Virus record (IMG/VR): IMGVR_UViG_3300045117_000178
Span: 1-59,847 of that record
Reading direction: 5' to 3' (one strand)
DNA: 59,847 nt
Source of the DNA: a virus
Lineage: Duplodnaviria > Caudoviricetes
Shown here piece after piece: positions 17,550 to 24,942 of the stretch (positions within the stretch are counted from its first letter, which is position 1; each line of letters starts with the position of its first letter). The notes beneath the pieces were generated by a model. That model was given only the letters and a program-made list of their open reading frames with translations, was not told the origin of the DNA and searched no databases. Both the position numbers and the translations under genes were made by a program.

Positions 17550-17575
17550 CTTATACCATCGATCAATGATTGTTT
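17550..17575 (-). promoter_or_regulatory. ATAAG-class promoter motif
   Basis: AAA-N18-ATAAG upstream of histone. Confidence 0.65.
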
Positions 17576-17679
17576 GCCAGCCGGCCGCTTCGCGGCCGCC
17601 GGCTGCCGGAGGGTGGACCAAGCTGGGTTCGCGGATGGGTCTAGATTCCTACTCTATAATTCCTCTTCTTCCTTTTTTC

Positions 17680-17721
17680 TTCTTCTACATAGGGCCTATT
17701 CATAAGCCCTATGTAGAAGAA
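17680..17721. repeat. 16-bp perfect inverted repeat in AT-rich intergenic region
   Basis: TTCTTCTACATAGGGC-N10-GCCCTATGTAGAAGAA. Confidence 0.85.
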
Positions 17722-17772
17722 AAGAACGACCACACATTATACAAGACCTCAGACCTCCCCACCTCAGGGACG

Positions 17773-17797
17773 ACCTGGGCCGGGAACCGGCCCAGGT
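17773..17797. repeat. 11-bp perfect inverted repeat
   Basis: ACCTGGGCCGG-GAA-CCGGCCCAGGT. Confidence 0.8.
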
Positions 17798-17800
17798 AAC

Positions 17801-17827
17801 AAAACCACAAGGCTTTCTTGGGATAAG
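17801..17827 (+). promoter_or_regulatory. ATAAG-class promoter motif
   Basis: AAAA-N18-ATAAG with CTTTCTTGGG spacer. Confidence 0.75.
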
Positions 17828-17853
17828 ATCAGTAACTGGGAAAGGAGCTTTTC

Positions 17854-18129
17854 ATGACCAAGGAGAAGGCGAAGCCCAAGCCCAGGGCGAAGCCGAAGTC
17901 CAAGCCGAAGAAGAAGGCCGAGCCCAAGAAGGCCGAGCCCAAGCCCGTGGCGGGGCGGGTCGACGTCTACCACCACTATCCGCAGCCCGCGCCGCCCACG
18001 GTCGCGCCGCCCACGCCGCCCGCCCCGAAGGAGGAGATCACGGCGGGCGGGGTGGTGGCGGAGGTGGTCGGGTTCGGGGCCCTCATCGGGCTCACGATCC
18101 TCATCGGCCGCGCTATCGCCGGCCGATGA
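17854..18129 (+). CDS. Lys/Pro-rich protein with C-terminal TM helix
   Basis: GAAAGGAG RBS; hydrophobic Gly-rich C-terminus. Confidence 0.75.
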   Translation: MTKEKAKPKPRAKPKSKPKKKAEPKKAEPKPVAGRVDVYHHYPQPAPPTVAPPTPPAPKEEITAGGVVAEVVGFGALIGLTILIGRAIAGR

Positions 18130-18159
18130 AAGCTGGGAACCCCTCCCCCGGCGGGTGGG

Positions 18160-18193
18160 CCGCCGGTCGAAAGACTGGCGGTTCATCTTAGCT
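18160..18193 (+). terminator. Hairpin + TTAGCT terminator
   Basis: CCGCCGGTC-GAAA-GACTGGCGG then TTCATCTTAGCT. Confidence 0.75.
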
Positions 18194-18199
18194 TGATAG

Positions 18200-18225
18200 A
18201 AAATCGTGGTCGATTCAGTGATAAG
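18200..18225 (+). promoter_or_regulatory. ATAAG-class promoter motif
   Basis: AAAA-N17-ATAAG. Confidence 0.7.
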
Positions 18226-18259
18226 ATCACGTCAACTCACCAGTTACCCAGGAGGCGGC

Positions 18260-18940
18260 ATGGGCCATTTGCTCTACTGCGAAGGGATCATTGGAGCCGG
18301 CAAGTCCGAGTACTGCAAGCAGATAGCCAAGCGCTTGAGCCTGCGTCTGATCAAGGAGCCGATGGAGGACAACCCGTACATCGACCTCTTCTACCAGGAC
18401 CCGAAGAGGTGGGCGTACGAGATGCAGATCTACCTCCTGCACCGGCGCATCGGGCTCCAGCAGCTGGCCGCGGCCGAGGCGCTCTACAGCGCCGAGTACC
18501 GCGGAGCCATCATCGACCGGTCGCTGTTCGGAGACGCCAACTTCGAGGAGCTCCACCACGAGGTCGGCAACATCAGCGACCTCCAACACCACGCCTACCT
18601 GACAGCCATCCGCAACATGAAGCTCATGATCTTCCCACCCACGGTACTCGTGTTCCTGGATGTCGAGCCGAAGGTCGCGCTCGAGCGCATTCGGGAGCGG
18701 GCGCGCGGGTGTGAGGTCAACATCAAGATCGAGTACCTGGAACAGCTCACGCGCAAGTACCACAGCATGATCCAGGGCGCGAAGACCGGGCACTACCCGT
18801 TCTCGCACGCGGTCTCCGTCCTCTACGTGCCCTGGAACCACAACACCAGGACAGACCCCGAGTGGGACTCGGCGGCTGCCAGCCTTCAGCGGTTCCTGGA
18901 AGAGACGCGAGCTGGACTCACGCCAGAGTGGCGTCTATGA
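18260..18940 (+). CDS. Deoxynucleoside kinase
   Basis: EGIIGAGKS, EP..DNPY...FY.DP.RW, DRS, RI.ERAR..E; AGGAGG RBS. Confidence 0.92.
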   Translation: MGHLLYCEGIIGAGKSEYCKQIAKRLSLRLIKEPMEDNPYIDLFYQDPKRWAYEMQIYLLHRRIGLQQLAAAEALYSAEYRGAIIDRSLFGDANFEELHHEVGNISDLQHHAYLTAIRNMKLMIFPPTVLVFLDVEPKVALERIRERARGCEVNIKIEYLEQLTRKYHSMIQGAKTGHYPFSHAVSVLYVPWNHNTRTDPEWDSAAASLQRFLEETRAGLTPEWRL

Positions 18941-19041
18941 CCGATCTCAAAGTACTGGCCATCCGCGCGGCGATCGTTTTCATATCCGTGTTCGTCGTGT
19001 ACTTCGTCTACTACCTCATCAAGCGCCCGCCAAATGACTGA
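18937..19041 (+). CDS. 34-aa single-TM peptide (not in ORF track)
   Basis: ATGA overlap; MTDLKVLAIRAAIVFISVFVVYFVYYLIKRPPND. Confidence 0.55.
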   Translation: MTDLKVLAIRAAIVFISVFVVYFVYYLIKRPPND

Positions 19042-19058
19042 CCCCTTCCAGGTATAAG
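19032..19058 (+). promoter_or_regulatory. ATAAG-class promoter motif
   Basis: AAA-N19-ATAAG. Confidence 0.7.
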
Positions 19059-19084
19059 GATCATAACCTGGAAAGGAGGACATT

Positions 19085-19273
19085 GTGCCTCGTAGTCACG
19101 TCGTTGTCGAACTGACGATGACGGACGTGAAGTCCGTCACGACCGACGACAACGCCGGAGAGGAGGTCGCGGTCATCAACGGCGCGACCTTCAACCTCAC
19201 GATCCCGCGCCAGGTCATCGAGGATCTGGCGCGACGGTTCCAGGAGAACGACCGCCTGCGAAGGCGGTCCTAG
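19085..19273 (+). CDS. Small hypothetical protein
   Basis: GAAAGGAGG RBS, GTG start. Confidence 0.75.
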   Translation: MPRSHVVVELTMTDVKSVTTDDNAGEEVAVINGATFNLTIPRQVIEDLARRFQENDRLRRRS

Positions 19274-19282
19274 TCCCACGGC

Positions 19283-19321
19283 GAGACGGCCGCCATCCCA
19301 TCAGCCGTCGTCTCATTAGCT
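19283..19321 (+). terminator. Hairpin + TTAGCT terminator
   Basis: GAGACGGC...GTCGTCTC then ATTAGCT. Confidence 0.65.
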
Positions 19322-19329
19322 TGAAGAGG

Positions 19330-19355
19330 AAAAAAGGAATATTGCTGGATATAAG
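19330..19355 (+). promoter_or_regulatory. ATAAG-class promoter motif
   Basis: A6-N15-ATAAG. Confidence 0.7.
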
Positions 19356-19388
19356 GTCATTGGTGGATCAACATAGAAAGGAGAACCA

Positions 19389-20387
19389 ATGCGTTCGATG
19401 CCGAAGAGGTCAACGGTGGAGAGCAGCCAAACCACCAACACCAGATCAGACACCAAGATCGTCACGCCGAAGATGGTAGGAAGCTGGGAAGCACCACCTT
19501 TCCAGAGACCAGTGCAGACCAGCAAGAAGGTCCTGGCACTGGTGGAGCAACTGAAGGCGACCGGTAGGCTGGAGGACAGCGCCATAGTGCTCGGAGAATG
19601 GGAGGGCAGGACCTATATCGTCGACGGGCAGCATCGGCTGAGGGCTTTCATGCTGTCAGAGCTCGAGCGGATGTCAGCGCAGGTCACTGTCCACAATTAC
19701 GAGAAAGGCCCCGCCGGGCTGAGAGCCATGCACGAGACGTACATCCATCTCAACAGCCACCTGGCGCGGCACAGGCCCGACGATCTGCTGCGAGCCATGG
19801 AGGGTGTCAACGTTCATCTGCACCAGATAAAGAGCGCCTGCAAGTTCACCGGATTCGATTACATCAGGCGCGGCCCCACCTCCCCCATCCTGTCGATGTC
19901 GACCGCCATCCGATCGTGGATGAGCAGCGCGTCCGACGTCCCCGGAGGTTGTAGCAAGGGGGCGATGGACATGGTGATGGATCTCACCGACACCGAGACG
20001 AAGAGCCTGATCGATTTCCTCAGCCTTGCCCATGAGGCATGGGGGGACGGGGTAGAGAACAAGCCCTTGTGGGCCGGCCTCAATCTCATCCTCTGCATGT
20101 GGCTCTATCGCAACACGGTCCTTGCTCCGCCGCCGGACAACCCCAAGAAGAAGAACCTCACCAGGGCCCAGTTCTTGAAGGGCTTGTTCGCGTTGGCAGC
20201 GGACAAGAAGTACATGAACTGGATCTTCGGACGTAGTGGGAAGGTGAACGAAGATACGCGCAACCCCGCCTATCGGGAGCTGTTGAGAACGATCAAGAAC
20301 AGAATGAACGCGGAGGGTATCAAGAACTTCCACCTCCCCTGCCCCGACTGGTACAAGGTCACGCAGGGGCGACGCCCCATCCCCTAG
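19389..20387 (+). CDS. ParB/Srx-like (DGQHR) domain protein
   Basis: FQRP...IVLG...YIVDGQHRL.A. Confidence 0.75.
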   Translation: MRSMPKRSTVESSQTTNTRSDTKIVTPKMVGSWEAPPFQRPVQTSKKVLALVEQLKATGRLEDSAIVLGEWEGRTYIVDGQHRLRAFMLSELERMSAQVTVHNYEKGPAGLRAMHETYIHLNSHLARHRPDDLLRAMEGVNVHLHQIKSACKFTGFDYIRRGPTSPILSMSTAIRSWMSSASDVPGGCSKGAMDMVMDLTDTETKSLIDFLSLAHEAWGDGVENKPLWAGLNLILCMWLYRNTVLAPPPDNPKKKNLTRAQFLKGLFALAADKKYMNWIFGRSGKVNEDTRNPAYRELLRTIKNRMNAEGIKNFHLPCPDWYKVTQGRRPIP

Positions 20388-20406
20388 ACCAAACCAGACA
20401 GACAGC

Positions 20407-20436
20407 AAGAACAACGCGGCCGCGTTGTTCTTAGCT
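20407..20436 (+). terminator. Hairpin + TTAGCT terminator
   Basis: AAGAACAACGCGGCCGCGTTGTTCTT palindrome running into TTAGCT. Confidence 0.7.
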
Positions 20437-20446
20437 AGAGCGCCTG

Positions 20447-20923
20447 TCAACCCCCCTTGAGCAAGGTCTTCGGCAGGGCCTCGAACATCTTCTCGAGCTC
20501 CGTGGGCGCAGCCTTCACGGCCTTCGGGTCCTTGGGCACCAGCTGTGTCGTGGGCTTGGCAAGCAGCCCCTCCAGCAGCTTGCGTAGGTCCTGGAACGCG
20601 GTCTCGGCCTGGGCCATGAGCTTCTTGATGTCCGGGTCGGTCTTGGCCTGCTGCGCGATGTCGACCCCATCCAGCGCCACCTGCAGCCCCTGCAGGACCG
20701 CGGCCTTGATCTTGGTGAACTTGGCGAGCGCGACCTTCACCTTCTCCATGTCCGTCTGGGTGGCAGCCCACGCCATGAAGACGGCCTCCGAGCTCTGGAC
20801 CGCGATCTGTGTGCCCCCGATCACCAGTCTGGCGGTGGCGTACGGGTCGGTGCCTTTGCAGTTGGTGAGGCCGGGACACCCGGCCAGCAGCACGAACAAC
20901 AGCACTGTCAAGATCTTTCTCAT
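20447..20923 (-). CDS. Lipoprotein
   Basis: MRKILTVLLFVLLAGC lipobox; AAGGAG RBS; upstream TTGTCA-N18-TAGCAT. Confidence 0.8.
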   Translation of the reverse strand: MRKILTVLLFVLLAGCPGLTNCKGTDPYATARLVIGGTQIAVQSSEAVFMAWAATQTDMEKVKVALAKFTKIKAAVLQGLQVALDGVDIAQQAKTDPDIKKLMAQAETAFQDLRKLLEGLLAKPTTQLVPKDPKAVKAAPTELEKMFEALPKTLLKGG

Positions 20924-20987
20924 GGTGGATCTCCTTTTTGCTGATGCTATAGCGACAAGACCGTCGATGACAAGCTAAGATCTGCGC

Positions 20988-21260
20988 ATGCGACGCTTCT
21001 ATCTGTACCGAAGCGTGGACGTCACTGTGGTATCGGGCACCGGCGTGATCGCGGAGGGTATCGAGTTCACCAATGGGTGGGTGGTACTGCGTTGGATCAG
21101 CTCAACTCCCAGTGTGATCTTCTACACGGATGTGGCCGACATGTTGAAGGTCCACGGTCACCATGGATTGACGACCATTCAGTGGGTAGATCGGGAGACA
21201 AAAACGGATAGCGTGAAAAGGTATAAGAACCATGACAGAGGACGGGAAACCGTGCTCTGA
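20988..21260 (+). CDS. Conserved phage hypothetical protein
   Basis: RRF.L.R..DV...SGTG..AEG.EF..G..V.RW...HGH pattern familiar from phage proteins. Confidence 0.75.
   Translation: MRRFYLYRSVDVTVVSGTGVIAEGIEFTNGWVVLRWISSTPSVIFYTDVADMLKVHGHHGLTTIQWVDRETKTDSVKRYKNHDRGRETVL
21200..21227 (+). promoter_or_regulatory. ATAAG-class promoter motif
   Basis: AAAAA-N18-ATAAG. Confidence 0.65.
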
Positions 21261-21368
21261 GCTGCCCTCGGCGTCCTACGACCTCGGGATGCCAATTCTG
21301 GGTGGCTGGAACCTCCGATCACCTCCTTTCTTGGTGATTGAAGCCTGATCGGGGGTTCCATTTTAGCT
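21232..21368 (+). ncRNA. Candidate small RNA with anti-Shine-Dalgarno loop
   Basis: Bracketed by ATAAG and hairpin-TTAGCT; three stem systems; contains GATCACCTCCTTTCT. Confidence 0.55.
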
Positions 21369-21377
21369 GGAGGGATC

Positions 21378-21596
21378 ATGGGCCACCGACTGAGACTGGA
21401 ACGGCGCAAACGACGAGTGCCGACCTCGTTCGTTCTGACGGCAGAGCAGCTCGCGTTCCTGCAGCAGAAGGCGAAGGAGAGCAGCGACCGATTGCACAAG
21501 CGGGTCCACGCCAGCCACATCGTGCGCGCTCTGATTCGGCGCGCGATGGACGAGGACCAGGAGAAGGGCAAGGTCTGGTATGACGAAGATCTCTAA
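21378..21596 (+). CDS. Ribbon-helix-helix-like DNA-binding protein
   Basis: TSFVLT..QL.FL...A...S.IVRALI; GGAGG RBS. Confidence 0.65.
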   Translation: MGHRLRLERRKRRVPTSFVLTAEQLAFLQQKAKESSDRLHKRVHASHIVRALIRRAMDEDQEKGKVWYDEDL

Positions 21597-22065
21597 GCTC
21601 GCACCGAAACCACCATCTCCACCCGCGCCCCAAACATACCCGGTGCCCTTTCCTGTGGCTGTGCCGGGAGCCACTCCACCGCTCAAGACCCAGAGGTCGC
21701 TGTTCAAGGACATGTTCGGGACCGATCACAGCGTTCTGGCCTTGGCGCTGGACAGTCACTGGGCCAACCCCGAACAGCGCGAGCTCGCTCTTCAGATCTT
21801 GTCAGGCCAAAAGTCCGTCTCCACCCTCACCGATTCCGAGCAGGAGGTCTTGGATGCGATCGTCCACAGCTACAACGATGCCGAGCGCCCCACCGGTACG
21901 CCTGTGCAATCAGCCAACGAACGACTGTCCGTACCTGGAGGTGCAGAGCAAGGACAAGACATGCAGCCTACCGGAGAACCTGATCTGCAAGATCGATCCC
22001 CCGACGAAGAAGGACCAGACTTCAGCGACGCCTACTCCTGGACAGAAGGAGGAGGACCAAAGTAG
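21580..22065 (+). CDS. Hypothetical protein
   Basis: 161 aa, acidic C-terminus. Confidence 0.65.
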   Translation: MTKISKLAPKPPSPPAPQTYPVPFPVAVPGATPPLKTQRSLFKDMFGTDHSVLALALDSHWANPEQRELALQILSGQKSVSTLTDSEQEVLDAIVHSYNDAERPTGTPVQSANERLSVPGGAEQGQDMQPTGEPDLQDRSPDEEGPDFSDAYSWTEGGGPK

Positions 22066-22080
22066 GAAGGCCGGCTTCTG

Positions 22081-22108
22081 AAACCCACCACTCCTTTCTT
22101 GGCATAAG
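22081..22108 (+). promoter_or_regulatory. ATAAG-class promoter motif
   Basis: AAA-N20-ATAAG with CCTTTCTTGG spacer. Confidence 0.75.
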
Positions 22109-22134
22109 GATCATAACAGAGAAAGGAGGGTAAT

Positions 22135-22308
22135 ATGGCCAAGCCCTTCAGTCGGGAGTGGGAGCTCGTATCGCCCAAGGTGTTCCGACTGAAAGTCTAC
22201 GGCGGCTGGATCGTTCATTTCGAGGATCTTTTCACCCCAACCACTGGGCACACCGCTCTCTGCTTCGTGCCGGATCCCCGGCACGAGTGGGAGCTCGAGC
22301 CGGCATAG
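22135..22308 (+). CDS. 57-aa hypothetical protein (not in ORF track)
   Basis: AGAAAGGAGG RBS; MAKPFSREWE...RLKVYGGWIV...FVPDP.HEW. Confidence 0.75.
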   Translation: MAKPFSREWELVSPKVFRLKVYGGWIVHFEDLFTPTTGHTALCFVPDPRHEWELEPA

Positions 22309-22312
22309 TCTC

Positions 22313-22342
22313 GGGGCGAAGTTCTGCCCCAAATTCTTAGCT
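22313..22342 (+). terminator. Hairpin + TTAGCT terminator
   Basis: GGGGC...GCCCC then AAATTCTTAGCT. Confidence 0.55.
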
Positions 22343-22411
22343 TCGAAGATGAGCGCGGATGTCAAGTATGAATGAACCGGTTTCCCAAATTTTTGGGAGC
22401 GTCGGCTTCTG

Positions 22412-22439
22412 AAATTCGATCTCCCTTTCTGGAGATAAG
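22412..22439 (+). promoter_or_regulatory. ATAAG-class promoter motif
   Basis: AAA-N20-ATAAG. Confidence 0.7.
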
Positions 22440-22443
22440 AGCC

Positions 22444-22721
22444 ATAGAAAGGATGAAGCAGAAATTACGGCCAATTCGTGTTCTGCGAGTCCTTTGCTTC
22501 CTAAGCGTGGGGGAAGAGATTCCCATCCCTAGTCCGTCCTAAGGAAAGGCACGTTCTCCGAAAGGAGTGACTGACGTAGCCAGAGCCCCCTGCTTCCGAG
22601 TCAACGCACCAGCGGCCGCGGTGTTCATGGGGATGTGCAGCGAACCCGATTGGCACGGGTTCGAGCTCTAGCGGAGCGTCTGCAAGAGGATCTCGGGGAG
22701 AGCTTCGGCTCTTTCTTAGCT
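22444..22721 (+). ncRNA. Candidate structured ncRNA (~275 nt)
   Basis: ATAAG to GAGAGC-TTCG-GCTCTT-TCTTAGCT; GAAA tetraloop and other hairpins; only a 29-codon ORF inside. Confidence 0.5.
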
Positions 22722-22878
22722 TGGGAGGGACGCCCAAGGAAATCATCCCAAGCGCAGCGGGAACGCCACAGGGGGCATGATCTCCACAGGGTAGCTGCCG
22801 CTCGGACGACTGGAGGATTACCGAACGATTACCCGCACAAAGGTGGGCATGGGCATGATCTTGGGGCGGTGCTGTGGA

Positions 22879-22920
22879 CAAACAAAGCCCGCCTGCGGGG
22901 GGCCGGTCCCGAGGCGGGCT
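22879..22920 (-). terminator. Canonical intrinsic terminator ending the virion operon
   Basis: AGCCCGCCT...AGGCGGGCT then TTGTTT on minus strand, ~60 nt past the 22983 stop. Confidence 0.6.
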
Positions 22921-22982
22921 CCTTGCTGTGGACCAGGAAGTGACCGGCTCAGCCGGCGCGGAGGTAACCAGGCCCAAGCAAA

Positions 22983-24176
22983 CTAGAAGCTGGTGTAGTC
23001 CTGCGTGTCGTACGCCCCCAGCGGAAGATTCCGGTAGCCCATGCCGTAAGCCATCGGATTTGCAGTGGCTTGTTCCATCGTCCTGACGGCCGCCGGCACG
23101 CCCTTCGCCAGGCCGTAGGCCGTGCCACCAAGGATGCCCATGGTCGCAAGGCCGCCCATAAGGCTTGGACCCTTATGGACTTTTCCGGCCTGCAAGCCCT
23201 CGATCTCCGTGGCCTTGGTCGCCTTCCTCGAGAGCTTGCCCGGGGCGCGCTCCGGAGCCGGAGTACCAGGCGTGCGGTAGGGCCCTCCAGCACCTCCAGG
23301 AGCGCCTGGAGCCGCGCCATGCGGCGGGACGTGGCCGGGAGCGGCCGAGGCCCCTCCAGTGCCTACTGGGAGCTTTGCTCGCTGCTTACGTTCGAGGTTG
23401 GCCAGCAGTTGCTTCATGTGGTCGCCCGCAGGGGCGTCTGCGGGGATAGGCGGAGGGCCCACGGGGCGGATGCGGGCGGCCTGTTCGGCGGTTGCCAGCT
23501 GGCCCACGGCCTTCCTCTCCCCACGGGCGAAGAGACGGCTGGCTCGGCGGCCGGCACCGGCTACGGCCTGTCCGACGCGGCCAAAAAAGCCGGTGATCGG
23601 TGCCAGGCTGAGGGCGTGTTTTGCGAGGCCCTCCTGGCGGCGGAACTCATCGATGGTGGTGCCGGCCTGGAGTAGCTGGCCGGGCTGGATGTTGGAAGAG
23701 ATGCCCCTGCCGGATGGGATCTGAGGGAGGGCTTCTTGCGGATCGGTGACGGCGGGCTCTCGCTTGCTGTCTTCCGTCTCGGCGAGTTCCTTGAGAGCGG
23801 CCTGCGTGCCGAACTTGTTGGCGATGGCCCCGCTCAAGATCGCCCCGATGTCTCCTTCTGCCGCGTGCTTCGCCAGATACTTGCTCGCGACACCGCCTGC
23901 CACGGTACCCACAGCAGATCCCACCAGCGCACGACCGAGGACGCCCTTGCGTTTGCCGGTAACCGGATCTTTTGGAGCCGACATCGCTCCGAGCGCAGCC
24001 CCACCGATAGTGCCGATGGGACCGACGAGGGCGCGCTTCTCCATTGACCGGTGGGCAGACACACGTGCGGCGGTCTTCAGGACGTGGGTAGCGAGATCGT
24101 GGTGTGCGCGCTCCCTTCCGGCCCTGTCAGCCTCCTCCCTCGTGACCGGGAGGAGGCCTTGGAGTTCGCGCATCAT
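22983..24176 (-). CDS. Gly-zipper protein with KxA motifs (putative internal virion protein)
   Basis: ATGA-coupled to tube gene; LKTA, EKRA, AKHA; GxxxG hydrophobic helices. Confidence 0.7.
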   Translation of the reverse strand: MMRELQGLLPVTREEADRAGRERAHHDLATHVLKTAARVSAHRSMEKRALVGPIGTIGGAALGAMSAPKDPVTGKRKGVLGRALVGSAVGTVAGGVASKYLAKHAAEGDIGAILSGAIANKFGTQAALKELAETEDSKREPAVTDPQEALPQIPSGRGISSNIQPGQLLQAGTTIDEFRRQEGLAKHALSLAPITGFFGRVGQAVAGAGRRASRLFARGERKAVGQLATAEQAARIRPVGPPPIPADAPAGDHMKQLLANLERKQRAKLPVGTGGASAAPGHVPPHGAAPGAPGGAGGPYRTPGTPAPERAPGKLSRKATKATEIEGLQAGKVHKGPSLMGGLATMGILGGTAYGLAKGVPAAVRTMEQATANPMAYGMGYRNLPLGAYDTQDYTSF

Positions 24177-24889
24177 GGGGTGAGGACGCCCGCGGTCTGC
24201 CCGGTGATGAGCGACAGCGCGCTGACGGCCACCGGCACGCACCGCTCGAACTGGATGGCCGCGCTCTCCTGGATGATCACGCCCTGGCTGTCGGTCGCCC
24301 ACGTGTGGTTCGGCACGTAGCAGGCCTCGAGGTAGACGGCCCCGACGGTGTCCTCGTTGCTGTCACGCATGTACAGCAACAGACCGACCGGCTGGTTGAA
24401 GAGGTCGGAGGCGAGGTTGAGGTACAGGTTCTCGTAGCCGGGCGGGATCTTGACGTCGTGGGGGTTGGCCACGGTCGCGCTGCCGGCGTTGGGGAACACC
24501 GCCTTCACCGTCGTCGGGGGGATCAGGTCCTCGTAGTAGGCGTAGAGCATGCGCAGCAGCGACGGCCCGTGGTACATGATGCGGGCGATCGTCAGCTGGC
24601 CGATGGTGCGGCCGCTGATGAAGTAGCTGCGCTCGCTCCCGATCTCGAAGATCCGGTTGAACTGCCGGTTGTGGGAGAGGTTGACGTTCTGGATCACGCC
24701 GAGAGGCATGACGATCTGATCCGCTCCCGCACCAGCAAGCGCCCCGGCGGTGGCGGTCGCACCACCGACGTTGGCGAGGCGGGGAGGACCGGCAGCCACG
24801 ACCACGAAAGCAGCCGACAGGAACTGGCCGTCCACCATGCCGGACTGGACGAAACGGTCATATGGCGACCACTCACTGAACTTGGCCAT
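24173..24889 (-). CDS. Tail tube protein
   Basis: Directly downstream of sheath; LGVIQN...RIFEIGS...FISG..IGQLT..R pattern. Confidence 0.75.
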   Translation of the reverse strand: MAKFSEWSPYDRFVQSGMVDGQFLSAAFVVVAAGPPRLANVGGATATAGALAGAGADQIVMPLGVIQNVNLSHNRQFNRIFEIGSERSYFISGRTIGQLTIARIMYHGPSLLRMLYAYYEDLIPPTTVKAVFPNAGSATVANPHDVKIPPGYENLYLNLASDLFNQPVGLLLYMRDSNEDTVGAVYLEACYVPNHTWATDSQGVIIQESAAIQFERCVPVAVSALSLITGQTAGVLTP

Positions 24890-24942
24890 CTTGAACTCCT
24901 TCTATCGTTCGGTTTCCGTTTCCTTGCCTCGTTCAGCCTGGA

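Noticed and set aside
17702-17706. ATAAG inside the 16-bp inverted repeat
   Set aside because: Upstream is a T-tract rather than an A-run and no gene follows
21304-21331. 16S rRNA gene fragment
   Set aside because: Only a 15-nt match to the 3' tail with no other rRNA sequence; treated as an sRNA motif
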